A stretch of 64,000 nucleotides of DNA from a virus (Duplodnaviria; Caudoviricetes), in the IMG/VR virus record IMGVR_UViG_3300033463_000045, positions 48,266 to 112,265 of that record, one strand, 5' to 3'. Position numbers and translations under genes: made by a program. Every line of letters starts with the position of its first letter. The first letter of the stretch is position 1. Of this stretch, positions 1 to 10,464 are shown piece by piece. Below the pieces are notes generated by a model. That model was given only the letters and a program-made list of their open reading frames with translations, searched no databases and was not told the DNA's origin.

Positions 1-14
1 TTCCATATAAAGAA

Positions 15-308
15 ATGATTTTACTTTTATTAGATGTATTTAAATCTGAAGAAGAATTAATTAAATTTTTAGATTTATTTGCTGGAACTACTATTAAATT
101 ACCATCAAGAAGTAGAATTTATCATGTTATGGAAAATATATCTATTTATAGATATTGGCAAAATCATATAACTGATGAAGACCCAGAAAAATCAACAGCA
201 AAACATTTTAATATAACAAGACAATATGTTACTAGTATAATAGAAAGAGTTAATCATAGAGATAAACATTCTTTAGATATAGATAATATAACAAAATTAA
301 ATAAATAA
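15..308 (+). CDS. Mor-like HTH DNA-binding protein, probably 5'-truncated by the window edge
   Basis: FAGTTIKLP plus C-terminal HTH (AKHFNITRQYVTSII); the frame is open upstream of position 15. Confidence 0.45.
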   Translation: MILLLLDVFKSEEELIKFLDLFAGTTIKLPSRSRIYHVMENISIYRYWQNHITDEDPEKSTAKHFNITRQYVTSIIERVNHRDKHSLDIDNITKLNK

Positions 309-324
309 TAAGGAGGTATAATTA

Positions 325-2157
325 ATGACAGCAGAAGATAAATTAATAAATGAACTAAAAGATATTAGTAGAACATCAAAAGCTGAATTAATTAGACCAA
401 TAGTTCCTATAGAAGAGTGGATTGATTCACCTTATTATTTAGGAGACATTTGCTATACATTATATCCAAAATATAAACAACACTTAAAATCTATATTTGA
501 TTCAGAAAGAGACGAATCAGATTATATAGATGAAATAATAATGAAGACTTCAATTGGTGGAGGTAAAACTTCTTTCATTAATGTTGTATTAATTAGAAAA
601 TTATATGAATTAAGTTGTTATTCAGATATTAGACCATTATATAATTTAATGACATCAAAGAAATTATTAATGGTATATTTTTCTATAACTAAGAAAGTTG
701 CTGAAGATACTGGTTATGCTCAATTAAGAAATATGTTATTAACAATTCCATATTTTAGAGATAACTTTTTACCTAATACAAAGAAAAGTTCAGATATAGA
801 ATGGCCAGATAAAAATATGGCTATTACTTCTGGTAGTAATGCAAATCAAGTTATTGGAACAGACGTTATCGCATCAGTAGTCGATGAAGGTGATTTCTAT
901 GGTAGTACAAGTGTTACACCAGATGGTCAAGCACTATCTAAAGCACAATTATTATATACATCAATAAAACAAAGAGGTAGGTCAAGATTCATGGTTAATG
1001 GAATAAATCATTCATTAAATTGTGTATTATCTTCACCTACATATGAATCTAGTTTTATAACTAAATTAATAAATAATTCAAGAGGAAATCCACATACTTA
1101 TATAATAGAGGAAACATTATGGACAATAAAACCTAAAGGAACTTATTCAGATGTAATGTTTGTTGTATTTAAAGGAACCAATTTATTAGACCCACAAATA
1201 GTTGAAGATGCAAAATTTTATAATGAATTATTAGTTAGTTTATATAAGAAACCAATAGATATAAAAAATAAATCTATTAATGAGATATTAAAAGATTTAC
1301 CAGAAGATATAAAACAATATTTTATAGAAATACCGATAGACTTTTATGAAGATTTTAAACATGATTTATTAAAAGCATTACAAGATATTGGTTCTGTTGC
1401 GATCGCACCAGAAGGAAGATTATTTTCATCAAATAAATTCTATAATAAAGCATTATTAATAGATAACCCATTAATACAAGAAGAAATAACAATATCAACA
1501 AATAGATTAGATGAAAGAACAATTCAATCTTATTTTAAAGCAGATTATGTTCCTAAGCATCCAGAATTACCAAGATTCTTACATTTCGACCAATCATTAA
1601 CAGGTGATGAAGCCGGTGTAGCTTGTAGTTATATAGAAACAAAAATAAATCCAGATAATACAATAGATAAAAAAGTAACAGTTGAATGGTTAATAAGAAT
1701 AAAACCACCAAAGAAACCAGAACAAATAGATTTAAAGAAATTAAGAAGTATAGTTTATTATTTAAGAGATATATTACATTTAACAATAGGAAAGATAACT
1801 TTCGACTCATATGCTAGTGAAGAAGCTGTACAAGATTTAAAATTACATAATTTTAATTGTTCTACATTATCAGTAGATAGAGATGATAAAGCATATCAAG
1901 CATTAGTTCAATTATATTATACAGAAAGTATAAAGCATCCAGAGCATCAAAGATACCATGAAGAATTATTTAGTTTAATATGGTATAGAGCTAAAAGGAA
2001 AATTGACCATCCTGCAATGATAGGAAATGATGTTGTTGGAGATAAAGGTGTTACAGATGCAGTTTGTGGTTCAGTATATAATGCATTATTAGATGCTGAT
2101 GTAGTATATTCAAATTTAAGACAAGAAGATGCTAAATCAGTATTAGATATTTTATAA
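325..2157 (+). CDS. terL: Terminase large subunit
   Basis: Walker A SIGGGKT, Walker B VVDEGD, coupling motif LSSP, RNase H-like nuclease residues HFDQS, ITFDSY, KIDHP...KGVTDA. Confidence 0.88.
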   Translation: MTAEDKLINELKDISRTSKAELIRPIVPIEEWIDSPYYLGDICYTLYPKYKQHLKSIFDSERDESDYIDEIIMKTSIGGGKTSFINVVLIRKLYELSCYSDIRPLYNLMTSKKLLMVYFSITKKVAEDTGYAQLRNMLLTIPYFRDNFLPNTKKSSDIEWPDKNMAITSGSNANQVIGTDVIASVVDEGDFYGSTSVTPDGQALSKAQLLYTSIKQRGRSRFMVNGINHSLNCVLSSPTYESSFITKLINNSRGNPHTYIIEETLWTIKPKGTYSDVMFVVFKGTNLLDPQIVEDAKFYNELLVSLYKKPIDIKNKSINEILKDLPEDIKQYFIEIPIDFYEDFKHDLLKALQDIGSVAIAPEGRLFSSNKFYNKALLIDNPLIQEEITISTNRLDERTIQSYFKADYVPKHPELPRFLHFDQSLTGDEAGVACSYIETKINPDNTIDKKVTVEWLIRIKPPKKPEQIDLKKLRSIVYYLRDILHLTIGKITFDSYASEEAVQDLKLHNFNCSTLSVDRDDKAYQALVQLYYTESIKHPEHQRYHEELFSLIWYRAKRKIDHPAMIGNDVVGDKGVTDAVCGSVYNALLDADVVYSNLRQEDAKSVLDIL

Positions 2158-2159
2158 TT

Positions 2160-2172
2160 CATAATATATAAT
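2160..2172 (+). promoter_or_regulatory. Phage-specific promoter motif CATAATATATAAT (one of about 12 copies)
   Basis: Same 13-mer recurs just upstream of the RBS at 12947, 20105, 22460, 36075, 44068, 44479, 45922, 49387; variants at 7914, 34944, 47214. Confidence 0.75.
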
Positions 2173-2188
2173 ATAAGGAGTTGTTAAT

Positions 2189-2509
2189 ATGTATAGATTA
2201 ATATTTTTAGATAATTCAATGTTAGAATTAAAAGATTTAAAATCAATGGATGTAGAAACAAGTTTTTGGAATGGTCAAGGCAGACCTAAATATTTAAAAT
2301 TAATATTTAGACAAAAGAAAAATCCAGATTTAAATTTAGAGCAATTAAAAGAAGATTTTTATTCTAAACAATTAACAAAATTATTTATATATTCAGAAGA
2401 TGGACAAAAATTAGAATATGAAATACCAATTCCAACAAGAATTGATGTTGTAAATTATGCAGAAGAAAAATTAGAAGTAGGCTATGGAGACCCATTATAT
2501 TATAAATAG
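2189..2509 (+). CDS. Hypothetical protein
   Basis: ORF with AAGGAG RBS and upstream promoter motif. Confidence 0.7.
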   Translation: MYRLIFLDNSMLELKDLKSMDVETSFWNGQGRPKYLKLIFRQKKNPDLNLEQLKEDFYSKQLTKLFIYSEDGQKLEYEIPIPTRIDVVNYAEEKLEVGYGDPLYYK

Positions 2510-2517
2510 AGGTAAAT

Positions 2518-3231
2518 ATGGAAGCATTAGATTTAAATTATAAACAAATTAAATGTTATTTAGATACTAAGACAATAGATTATAATGCATTATCTATATT
2601 ACAAATGTTATACCCAACATATCAAACAGTTGATTCGACATTTAATATATACCCAGATATACCTTTTATTTATATAGGTGATTTAAAATATATAAATATT
2701 ATTAATAATAGACCAGAACCACATATAATAGTTGCTACAACTGGAGAATATGATTTTACAGATAAAGAAACATTATTAAAAGTTGCTTATTTAAAGCATA
2801 ATAAAAAGATACCAAAATATATATTAGAGATATATAAAACATGGAGTAATGAACAATTTTATAATAACATTAAATATATAATTTTATTTGGAACTTCAAT
2901 AGATAAAGAATTAAATAATAATATGGTTTTATTAAATATAATTAATAATATAACAAATCCTATAAAAGTAATTAAATCATATTTAGAAGATATAGAAACA
3001 AATGATGTTATATATTTAGAAAATGATTTATTATCATTTATAGATAGATGTAATAATTTAAATATAAATACTACAAAGAATAAAAAGACATTACAATTAA
3101 GAGCAAGATTTTATACAATGAGTAATAAAAATATAAAAGACGCTATTAATAATTTAATAGATTCAAATATAGATAATTTAGAATTAAGAAATTTAAATTT
3201 TATATTAGACTTAATTTGGTTAAATAGATAA
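2518..3231 (+). CDS. Hypothetical protein
   Basis: 237-aa ORF with GAGG RBS. Confidence 0.7.
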   Translation: MEALDLNYKQIKCYLDTKTIDYNALSILQMLYPTYQTVDSTFNIYPDIPFIYIGDLKYINIINNRPEPHIIVATTGEYDFTDKETLLKVAYLKHNKKIPKYILEIYKTWSNEQFYNNIKYIILFGTSIDKELNNNMVLLNIINNITNPIKVIKSYLEDIETNDVIYLENDLLSFIDRCNNLNINTTKNKKTLQLRARFYTMSNKNIKDAINNLIDSNIDNLELRNLNFILDLIWLNR

Positions 3232-3243
3232 GGAGATAAGACA

Positions 3244-3804
3244 ATGACAATTTTAGAATATTTACAGGAAAAGAATATATCATTTAAAGCTGCATCCCAG
3301 CAATTAGGAGTAGATTCATCTAATTTTAGTAAAGTTGTTAGAGGAAAAATACCAGTAAGTATCTTATTTTATAAAAAAGTAAAAACTTCTTTTTTAAAAG
3401 ATTGTTCATTAGATGATTTAACATTTTCAAAAGAATTGATAAATAAGAAACCTATTATAGATATGCAGGTTGAAGAAGAATTAAAAAATAGAAAAAATAA
3501 AGAATCAACTGAAATAAATGAAATAGATTTAAATTTTAGATTAGCAAATAAAGAAAATAATAATGAACAGAAAAATAAAATAATAAATATAGATAGAAAT
3601 TTACCTAATGAAATTAAAGCTAAAACTGATGATATGAAAAAGATAATTGAAGAAAATAAAAAATTATTTAGAATTAATTTCAAATATGCTACTCAATTAC
3701 AAAATGCTTTAGATTGTTTAGATGATTTAGAAATTCAAATACAGATATTAAGAAATATTATTAATAGAGATAAATATTTGCAAGAATTACAAAATTTAAA
3801 ATAG
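3244..3804 (+). CDS. XRE-like HTH protein with C-terminal coiled coil
   Basis: ISFKAASQQLGVDSSNFSKVVRG HTH pattern. Confidence 0.6.
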   Translation: MTILEYLQEKNISFKAASQQLGVDSSNFSKVVRGKIPVSILFYKKVKTSFLKDCSLDDLTFSKELINKKPIIDMQVEEELKNRKNKESTEINEIDLNFRLANKENNNEQKNKIINIDRNLPNEIKAKTDDMKKIIEENKKLFRINFKYATQLQNALDCLDDLEIQIQILRNIINRDKYLQELQNLK

Positions 3805-3813
3805 AAAGAAGAA

Positions 3814-4059
3814 ATGATTATTATGGGTAAAAGTAAAGGTAAAGGTAATAGAGCAGATGGTTCAGCACAATATTCTATTACTGCTAAAAATTTAGCTAGA
3901 AAAGGAAAGACAAATAAAAAATTAAAATTAAATCCTTTAGCTAGTAAATATGAAACTACAGAAAATAATAAATTAAAAGAACAAGCATTAGAAATGATAA
4001 AGAAACATCCAAAAGGAACTGGCTATAAATATAGAAAAAATAATAAAGTTGAGAAGTAG
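3814..4059 (+). CDS. Small basic hypothetical protein
   Basis: Lys-rich ORF in operon context. Confidence 0.55.
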   Translation: MIIMGKSKGKGNRADGSAQYSITAKNLARKGKTNKKLKLNPLASKYETTENNKLKEQALEMIKKHPKGTGYKYRKNNKVEK

Positions 4060-4070
4060 CGAGGTGTACT

Positions 4071-4409
4071 ATGGGTAATTCTAAGTATAGATATTATAAA
4101 TATAATAAACTTCGTAAATATAATACAATATTAGAAGATAATAAAAATTTAAAAGAAAATCTAGACATTGCAGAATCTTTGTATAAACACGAGTTATTAA
4201 GATTAGAATTAGAAATATTATCTTATCATGATGATATAGAAAGTGTTCAAGAGTTAATAGATATATATTCAAATGAACAACATGAATTAATATATTATGA
4301 GAAGACCCATTCTTTATTAATTAGAGGAAGTATGAGAGTAGATGTATTTCATAAATTTATATTAGACTCTAGAAAATTTAATTTTACAAATATTACATTA
4401 GAGGGATAG
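4071..4409 (+). CDS. Hypothetical protein
   Basis: GAGGTG RBS, operon context. Confidence 0.6.
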   Translation: MGNSKYRYYKYNKLRKYNTILEDNKNLKENLDIAESLYKHELLRLELEILSYHDDIESVQELIDIYSNEQHELIYYEKTHSLLIRGSMRVDVFHKFILDSRKFNFTNITLEG

Positions 4410-4410
4410 C

Positions 4411-4962
4411 ATGACAGATATAGAGATAAAGAAATATTTAGCGAAAGAATTAACCAAAGAAAATGTATTTAAAAATAAGACAACTTTATTAATAGGAAAT
4501 GCAAGTAGATTATTCAAATCTATTTATAGTGGTGATATAATAAGTATTAATACAGCAGAAGAGATAAAAGAATTTATAAATGAATATAATATACAATCAG
4601 ATAGACCATTAGTATTTGAAGACATATCATTAATGCAACAAAATGTTCAATCATATTTATTAAAGTTTATAGAAGATTTTCCGAGACCATTAATAGTATT
4701 AGCTAGTTTAGATAATATATCACCAATAATATTAAGTAGATTTAAAAGAATAATAAAGATACCTATTGAATATAAATATTCAAATGTAAGTTTAGATAAA
4801 TTCTTAGAAGAGCATCAAAATGAATTAAAATCTAATTATATTTTACCAGAATTAAAGACTGAGAGTTTATTATATTGTCCAGAATATTATTATAAATATA
4901 TAAAATTAAATTTATCTAATCATGATAATAAAAATAGAAATCAATTAATAAAATTTATGTAA
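4411..4962 (+). CDS. Clamp-loader subunit-like (DNA Pol III delta-prime type) degenerate AAA+ protein
   Basis: LVFEDISLM..VQSYLLKFIED.P and PIILSRF resemble the ANALLKxLEEP and TIxSRC motifs. Confidence 0.55.
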   Translation: MTDIEIKKYLAKELTKENVFKNKTTLLIGNASRLFKSIYSGDIISINTAEEIKEFINEYNIQSDRPLVFEDISLMQQNVQSYLLKFIEDFPRPLIVLASLDNISPIILSRFKRIIKIPIEYKYSNVSLDKFLEEHQNELKSNYILPELKTESLLYCPEYYYKYIKLNLSNHDNKNRNQLIKFM

Positions 4963-4988
4963 TAATATAGTAAAGGAGGTTAAATAAC

Positions 4989-5243
4989 ATGATTTTAGGT
5001 AGAAAAGATAAAGAACATGTAAGATTATTAGAAGAAGAAAATGATATATTAAAATATAATCAAGACCATGATGCTGTTAATTTCTTAAATTATTTACATG
5101 ATGAATTAGGTATAACTTATGCAAAAATCTCTTCTACATTAGGAGTATCACAGCAATATATTAATAGCATATGTATTAGAAAAACTAAAGTAAGAAATGA
5201 ATCTTTATATAAAATAATGGCAAAATTATTTAAAAAAGACTAA
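4989..5243 (+). CDS. HTH DNA-binding protein
   Basis: ITYAKISSTLGVSQQYINSI. Confidence 0.55.
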   Translation: MILGRKDKEHVRLLEEENDILKYNQDHDAVNFLNYLHDELGITYAKISSTLGVSQQYINSICIRKTKVRNESLYKIMAKLFKKD

Positions 5244-5291
5244 AAATTTAATAAAAACTGTAAATTTCCCGGAAAAAAGTGAAAGAAAATG

Positions 5292-5320
5292 TGTACATTT
5301 ATGGCAAAATATGGTATAAT
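5292..5320 (+). promoter_or_regulatory. Host sigma-A type early promoter TGTACA-N17-TATAAT with extended -10
   Basis: TGTACA 5292-5297, TGG-TATAAT ending 5320; near-identical copies at 11691 and 48910. Confidence 0.7.
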
Positions 5321-5380
5321 ATAATCAGATAATTAAAATTATTATCTGATTTTTTAATCAAAGGAAAGAAGGAATTAAAT

Positions 5381-6649
5381 ATGGACTTTAAAGAAATTTT
5401 AAAAGATGCCATAAAAAACAACACAAAAATAATTGTAACAGGAAAATCTGGTTATGGAAAATCAGAAATGGTTAAGCAAGTAGCTGAAGAACTTGGCTAC
5501 GAACTAATCGATTTCAGATTATCAGAAATATTACCAGAAGATTTAGTAGGTATTCCAAAATTAAGAGATGACTACTATGAATATGTACCACCTAAATGGT
5601 TGTATGAAGTAAAAGAAAATCCAGATAAGAAATATTTACTATTCTTAGATGAAATTACTCAAGGAACCCCTGAAGTTTTAAATATTTGTTATAAAATATT
5701 TGATAAGGTTACTAAAGTAGGTAATTATGAATTGCCAAATGTAGCAGTTGTAGGAGCAACAAATTATTCAGACGAATCAAATTATTTAAATGATTTACCA
5801 ATACCACTTAAGAATAGAGCATGTAATATTGAGTTAAATCATTCAAGTAAAATATATATTGATTATCTAATGAATAAATATAAAGATAACTTCTCAGAAG
5901 CTCAAAAGAAAACAAAGAATGAATTAAAAGAATTATTAAAACAAATAATAGAAGATTCTAATCCAAGAAGTGTAGATAAAGCAATAGAATTAATTAATAA
6001 TAATTGTTGTAAAGACATAGTTATTCCATATATTGGTTATAATAACTATTCAGCATTAAGAGGTTACTTATTAAATACAGCATCAGATATTTCAACATTA
6101 TCTGGATTAGAAAAAGCAGAAATAGATTTAGCAAATGGTTTTACAATAGTTCATGGTAAAAGATTTAATATTGATGAACCTGTAGATTTACAAGCTAAAT
6201 ATGAATTAACAGATGAAGAATATGAAATAGTATATAATAAATTCTATTCAGATTATACTAATAAAGGTGATAATAAAACAGATGTATTATATAATATATT
6301 AAAATATTCAGATATTCCAATTAAAAAAGATGCATTTAATAAGATATTAAGTAAAACAACAATGTTAGACTTAAATAAATATATGAAGATAATGAACTTA
6401 CAACCTAAAGATACGGAATTAACAAATGCAGCAATAGACCAAATAGAAGTCATTTGTGAAAAACTACAATATACTAAAAAAGACTTCTTCGAAAAGATTG
6501 GTTCAAATATTCAATATGTATCTATTGCATTATTAGATAAGTATAATGAAAGTATAAATTGGGAATTATATGCAGATTTATATAAAGCAAATAGAATAGG
6601 ACAAGCTAAATATGATGCATTAAGTAAATATTTTAAACAATATATTTAG
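5381..6649 (+). CDS. MoxR/dynein-related AAA+ ATPase
   Basis: Walker A GKSGYGKS, PEDLVGIP, Walker B LLFLDE, sensor GATN, Arg finger PLKNR. Confidence 0.85.
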   Translation: MDFKEILKDAIKNNTKIIVTGKSGYGKSEMVKQVAEELGYELIDFRLSEILPEDLVGIPKLRDDYYEYVPPKWLYEVKENPDKKYLLFLDEITQGTPEVLNICYKIFDKVTKVGNYELPNVAVVGATNYSDESNYLNDLPIPLKNRACNIELNHSSKIYIDYLMNKYKDNFSEAQKKTKNELKELLKQIIEDSNPRSVDKAIELINNNCCKDIVIPYIGYNNYSALRGYLLNTASDISTLSGLEKAEIDLANGFTIVHGKRFNIDEPVDLQAKYELTDEEYEIVYNKFYSDYTNKGDNKTDVLYNILKYSDIPIKKDAFNKILSKTTMLDLNKYMKIMNLQPKDTELTNAAIDQIEVICEKLQYTKKDFFEKIGSNIQYVSIALLDKYNESINWELYADLYKANRIGQAKYDALSKYFKQYI

Positions 6650-6663
6650 AAAGGAAGATATAA

Positions 6664-7896
6664 ATGTTACTATTTGAAAAAAGATTTAATTTATTACAAT
6701 ATGCAGCAGATAAAAAATTACCGAAGGTATATGATTTATTAAACGTAATAAAAAATGATAATTCAATTCAAGTTGCAGCAACTGATGGTACAACAGTATA
6801 TGTTAATATAGATGAATTTAATAAAAGAGATGTTGAGTCAGAGTTCTTTATATTATGTCATGAATTATTACATATATTATATCATCATTTAGATAAAGAC
6901 TATTATCCAGAAGATATATATCAAAATAAAGAATTATTGAATATGTGTCAAGACGTAGTAATAAATGAATTTTTAGTACAAAGATTACTTTATAAAGAAC
7001 CTAATGGTTTATATTTAGATAACATAGCTGAAGCATTATATGCTAGAGGACTTAGACATACACCATATCTTAGCTTTGGTGGAGGACAATTAACAACAAA
7101 ATATTTATATAATTATTTATTAGGAAGATATGATGAAGATAGTCTAGAACAAATGATGCAAGATATTGGTTATAATAGTGAAGATGATAGACTTCAAGAT
7201 GATAGACTTCAAGATGAAGGTAATCATCAACAAGGAACAAAACAAGCAATTGATAATGTTATTAATCAATTAACAAAAGCATTAAAAATTAATCCTAAAA
7301 TGTTATTAGAAGAAAATATAGATAAACAAGCAGGAAAAAGTAATGAATATTCAGGAATGGTTAGTTCAAGAGCAGAAGTAAATATTATATCAACAACAGA
7401 AATGGTTAATTATATTAATTCATTTATAGGAACTAATGCTATTGAAAAAGGAAGAAATAGAACATATAGCAGACCATCAAGAAGAATTAATTTATCAAAT
7501 GATATGGTAGCAGCTGGTTATAAGCGTTATAAGAATATTAAAAAAATATCAATATATTTAGATGTTTCAGGAAGTATGGACGACTCATTAGTTACAACAT
7601 TATATAAAACATTAAAACTATTATATAATAAAGTTGAATTTGATTTTTATACATTTAATGGACAAATAGCTAAAATAGATATTAAGAATACTCAAGAAAT
7701 AGAAGTAAGCGGTGGAACTGATATAACTAATGTATTAAATAATATCGAAAAAGAAAAACAAGATGTAGCAATAATGATTACAGATTGCGAAGATTACTTT
7801 TCATTAGATAACGTTAAATCAAATTTAATGATATATACAAATAACTTTTCAGTTAAGAATAATAATCCATTAGTAAAGCTAACATATTTTCAATAA
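6664..7896 (+). CDS. Metallopeptidase plus VWA domain protein (DUF2201-like), partner of the MoxR-type ATPase
   Basis: AATDG, HELLH zincin motif, MIDAS DVSGS, GGTD, ITD. Confidence 0.85.
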   Translation: MLLFEKRFNLLQYAADKKLPKVYDLLNVIKNDNSIQVAATDGTTVYVNIDEFNKRDVESEFFILCHELLHILYHHLDKDYYPEDIYQNKELLNMCQDVVINEFLVQRLLYKEPNGLYLDNIAEALYARGLRHTPYLSFGGGQLTTKYLYNYLLGRYDEDSLEQMMQDIGYNSEDDRLQDDRLQDEGNHQQGTKQAIDNVINQLTKALKINPKMLLEENIDKQAGKSNEYSGMVSSRAEVNIISTTEMVNYINSFIGTNAIEKGRNRTYSRPSRRINLSNDMVAAGYKRYKNIKKISIYLDVSGSMDDSLVTTLYKTLKLLYNKVEFDFYTFNGQIAKIDIKNTQEIEVSGGTDITNVLNNIEKEKQDVAIMITDCEDYFSLDNVKSNLMIYTNNFSVKNNNPLVKLTYFQ

Positions 7897-7913
7897 TTAA
7901 TATGTTAGCTTTT
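7876..7913 (+). terminator. Intrinsic terminator-like hairpin
   Basis: AAAGCTAACATATT...AATATGTTAGCTTT inverted repeat over the stop codon. Confidence 0.6.
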
Positions 7914-7949
7914 CATATTATATAATAAGAAAGAAGGTGACTTAATAAT

Positions 7950-8153
7950 ATGGAAGATTATGATTATGTTGAAGAAAATATAAGAGCAATAGATTTATCA
8001 GATGATGAGTTAAAACAAGCATATAAATACTATAAATATTGGTATGATTATATGAGAGAATTTAAAGTTAAATCATTAAGTGAAGAAGAAATAGATTGGT
8101 ATAATGAATTAAAGAATGAAATGTTTAATAGACAATTAAAATTAGATGATTAG
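7950..8153 (+). CDS. Hypothetical protein
   Basis: RBS and promoter-motif variant upstream. Confidence 0.6.
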   Translation: MEDYDYVEENIRAIDLSDDELKQAYKYYKYWYDYMREFKVKSLSEEEIDWYNELKNEMFNRQLKLDD

Positions 8154-8257
8154 ATATATATTAGAGATATGATAATAATAAAATAATATAAATATATGTT
8201 AATATTAAAACATATACCAGAGTGTCTCAGAATGCATAAGAAAGGATGTGAATTATT

Positions 8258-9490
8258 ATAAAATTAAATGAATTAAAAGATAAATGTAATCAATTAAAAA
8301 TTATTCCACAACCAACAAGAAAAAGAAGAAATCCTGATAGATTAGAAGTTTGCGCTGATGATTGTATAAGAGCAATTCAAAGATATAGTATAGACCAAAA
8401 GAAATCTTATGGTCTATATGACTTTAATTTAGAAGCATTAATTGGTATTAAATCACCAATGTTAGCATTATTAATTAAGCATCAACCTGAAGATGTTCAA
8501 AAAGAAATATGGAATGATAATAATTATAATTGGAGATTTGAAAAGAAATATAATGGCGTAAGATGTTTTATTTCATATAATAATGAATTGAAAAAGATTT
8601 TTATATATGGAAGAGAACTAGATAATGATACATTATTGCCAAAAGATTATACAAATAGATTTCAAAAAATAGCATCTGATGTTTTTGATTTATTTCAAGC
8701 TGGATTAGTTGGTTATAGTTTTGTTATAGATTGCGAATTAACTATTAACGATTATTCAAAAGATATAATAGAAGATATATTAAATGACCCATATAAAGAT
8801 ATGGAAGCATTTAAATATGAATTTAATGCCTTTGATATATTTTCTACATTAAGAGATGGAACAATTTATAGTTTAGCAAGATTATCTGAAAGAATAAATT
8901 TATTAGAAAAAACAATGCAACGTCTTACTCCATATAATTTACCAATATATTTAGTAATGTCAAAACCCGATAATGTGTCAAAAGAAGATTTTTATAAATC
9001 AATAATTCGTAGTGGTGGAGAAGGAGTTATTGCTAAAGATTTAAATTCATCTTATGATTTTCGTGGTAAAAGAAATGGTGATTGGACTAAAATTAAAAGA
9101 TTAAATTATGAAGGAGTTGAAAATTTAAATGCAGATACTTACGATTTATTTGTATCTGATTGTATTATCACTGATAATATGGTTAGCGGTTTAGAATTAA
9201 GTAGTTATTTAGTTAATGATAATAATGATTTTATATATGATAGATTTAATAATCAAATTCCAATAACATTAGGAATATTATATGACTTATTACCAGAAAC
9301 TAAAAAGTTATTAACATTATATGATAATAATGGAAAGCCATATATAAATCCAAGATTTTTAGATATTGTTGTAGAAGTAAGGTCTACAGGATTTGATGAT
9401 TATGTTAATCAATTACAAAATTTAAAATTTGTATGTTGGAGACTAGATAAAAATTCAAGAGATTGTAAATTTAATAAAGATAAAATATAA
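8258..9490 (+). CDS. lig: ATP-dependent DNA ligase; probable non-AUG start at ATA 8258 (ORF track starts at 8459)
   Basis: PMLA, EKKYNGVR, DCEL, AFDI, EGVIAK, WTKIK motifs; frame open from 8252 with AAAGGA RBS upstream. Confidence 0.8.
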   Translation: MKLNELKDKCNQLKIIPQPTRKRRNPDRLEVCADDCIRAIQRYSIDQKKSYGLYDFNLEALIGIKSPMLALLIKHQPEDVQKEIWNDNNYNWRFEKKYNGVRCFISYNNELKKIFIYGRELDNDTLLPKDYTNRFQKIASDVFDLFQAGLVGYSFVIDCELTINDYSKDIIEDILNDPYKDMEAFKYEFNAFDIFSTLRDGTIYSLARLSERINLLEKTMQRLTPYNLPIYLVMSKPDNVSKEDFYKSIIRSGGEGVIAKDLNSSYDFRGKRNGDWTKIKRLNYEGVENLNADTYDLFVSDCIITDNMVSGLELSSYLVNDNNDFIYDRFNNQIPITLGILYDLLPETKKLLTLYDNNGKPYINPRFLDIVVEVRSTGFDDYVNQLQNLKFVCWRLDKNSRDCKFNKDKI

Positions 9491-9503
9491 AGGAGGAGAT
9501 AGC

Positions 9504-9851
9504 ATGTATAATTTAAAGTTACTTAGAAATATTAAAGATAGTAGTGAATTATCGTTTTTTAAATATTTTCCTTATAATTTATGTAGAGAATTATCTCTTT
9601 GTGGATTTATTGATTATCATATTATAAATGATAATAAAAATCTTAAAAACGATTTAATTGAAATAATAAATGAATTACCAGAAATAGAAAAAAGAATTAT
9701 AGAATTAAGATATGGCGTTAATGATAATAAACTAATAACACAGAAAGAAATAATAAATGAATTGCATCTTACTAAAAAATGTTGCGACAATTTTAATTAT
9801 CATATATTTAAAGCATTTAGACAAATAGCAAATAAATTAAATAAAATATAA
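9504..9851 (+). CDS. Sigma-70 region-4-like HTH protein
   Basis: LPEIEKRIIELRYG..ITQKEI...KAFRQI. Confidence 0.65.
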   Translation: MYNLKLLRNIKDSSELSFFKYFPYNLCRELSLCGFIDYHIINDNKNLKNDLIEIINELPEIEKRIIELRYGVNDNKLITQKEIINELHLTKKCCDNFNYHIFKAFRQIANKLNKI

Positions 9852-9863
9852 GGAGGAATAGAT

Positions 9864-10106
9864 ATGGAAGAAAAAGTAACATTTACAACATCAATAGATA
9901 AATGTGGTAGATTTGTAATACCAACAAAAGTTCTTAAGACATTGTCTTGGGACAAAGGAATATTAGCATTTGGAGAAGTTAATGAAGATTATATCATTAT
10001 TAAAAGTTTAGGTGAACAAGTAAAGTGTAATAAATGTAATAAAAAATATAATTCTCAATATAATTATTGTCCAATATGTGGAGAAGTATTAAAAATTAAT
10101 AAATAA
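9864..10106 (+). CDS. AbrB/SpoVT-like DNA-binding protein with zinc ribbon
   Basis: IDKCGRFVIP AbrB motif; CNKC...CPICG. Confidence 0.7.
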   Translation: MEEKVTFTTSIDKCGRFVIPTKVLKTLSWDKGILAFGEVNEDYIIIKSLGEQVKCNKCNKKYNSQYNYCPICGEVLKINK

Positions 10107-10107
10107 T

Positions 10108-10153
10108 TGACACCCAGAGGCATTGAAATATAGTTAGATTAATAATTATATTA
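10108..10153. repeat. Dispersed intergenic repeat family member
   Basis: 10115-10153 matches 11624-11662 at 35/39; 10108-10118 is the exact reverse complement of 36007-36017. Confidence 0.7.
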
Positions 10154-10225
10154 CTCAAAGTAATATAACAAATCATTTTATATATATTTTCTCTAATAAT
10201 AAAAAGAAATAAGAGGAGAATATAT

Positions 10226-10444
10226 ATGAGAAAAGAAAGTTTAAGATTATTTTCAGAAATTATTATATCTATGTTAGCAATAGATAGTTTAAATAAAGAC
10301 CAATTATTAATATTAAAAAATAAAATAGAGGAGTTAAAAAAGATACCTCAAGATGATAGACTTGAATTAATGATAAATTGTTATCATTTATTTGATGAAA
10401 ATAAATATGAAGATAATATTGATATTTTATCAGGTAGAAAATAA
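10226..10444 (+). CDS. Hypothetical protein
   Basis: GAGGAG RBS. Confidence 0.55.
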   Translation: MRKESLRLFSEIIISMLAIDSLNKDQLLILKNKIEELKKIPQDDRLELMINCYHLFDENKYEDNIDILSGRK

Positions 10445-10464
10445 ATATAAAGGAGATGATATAG

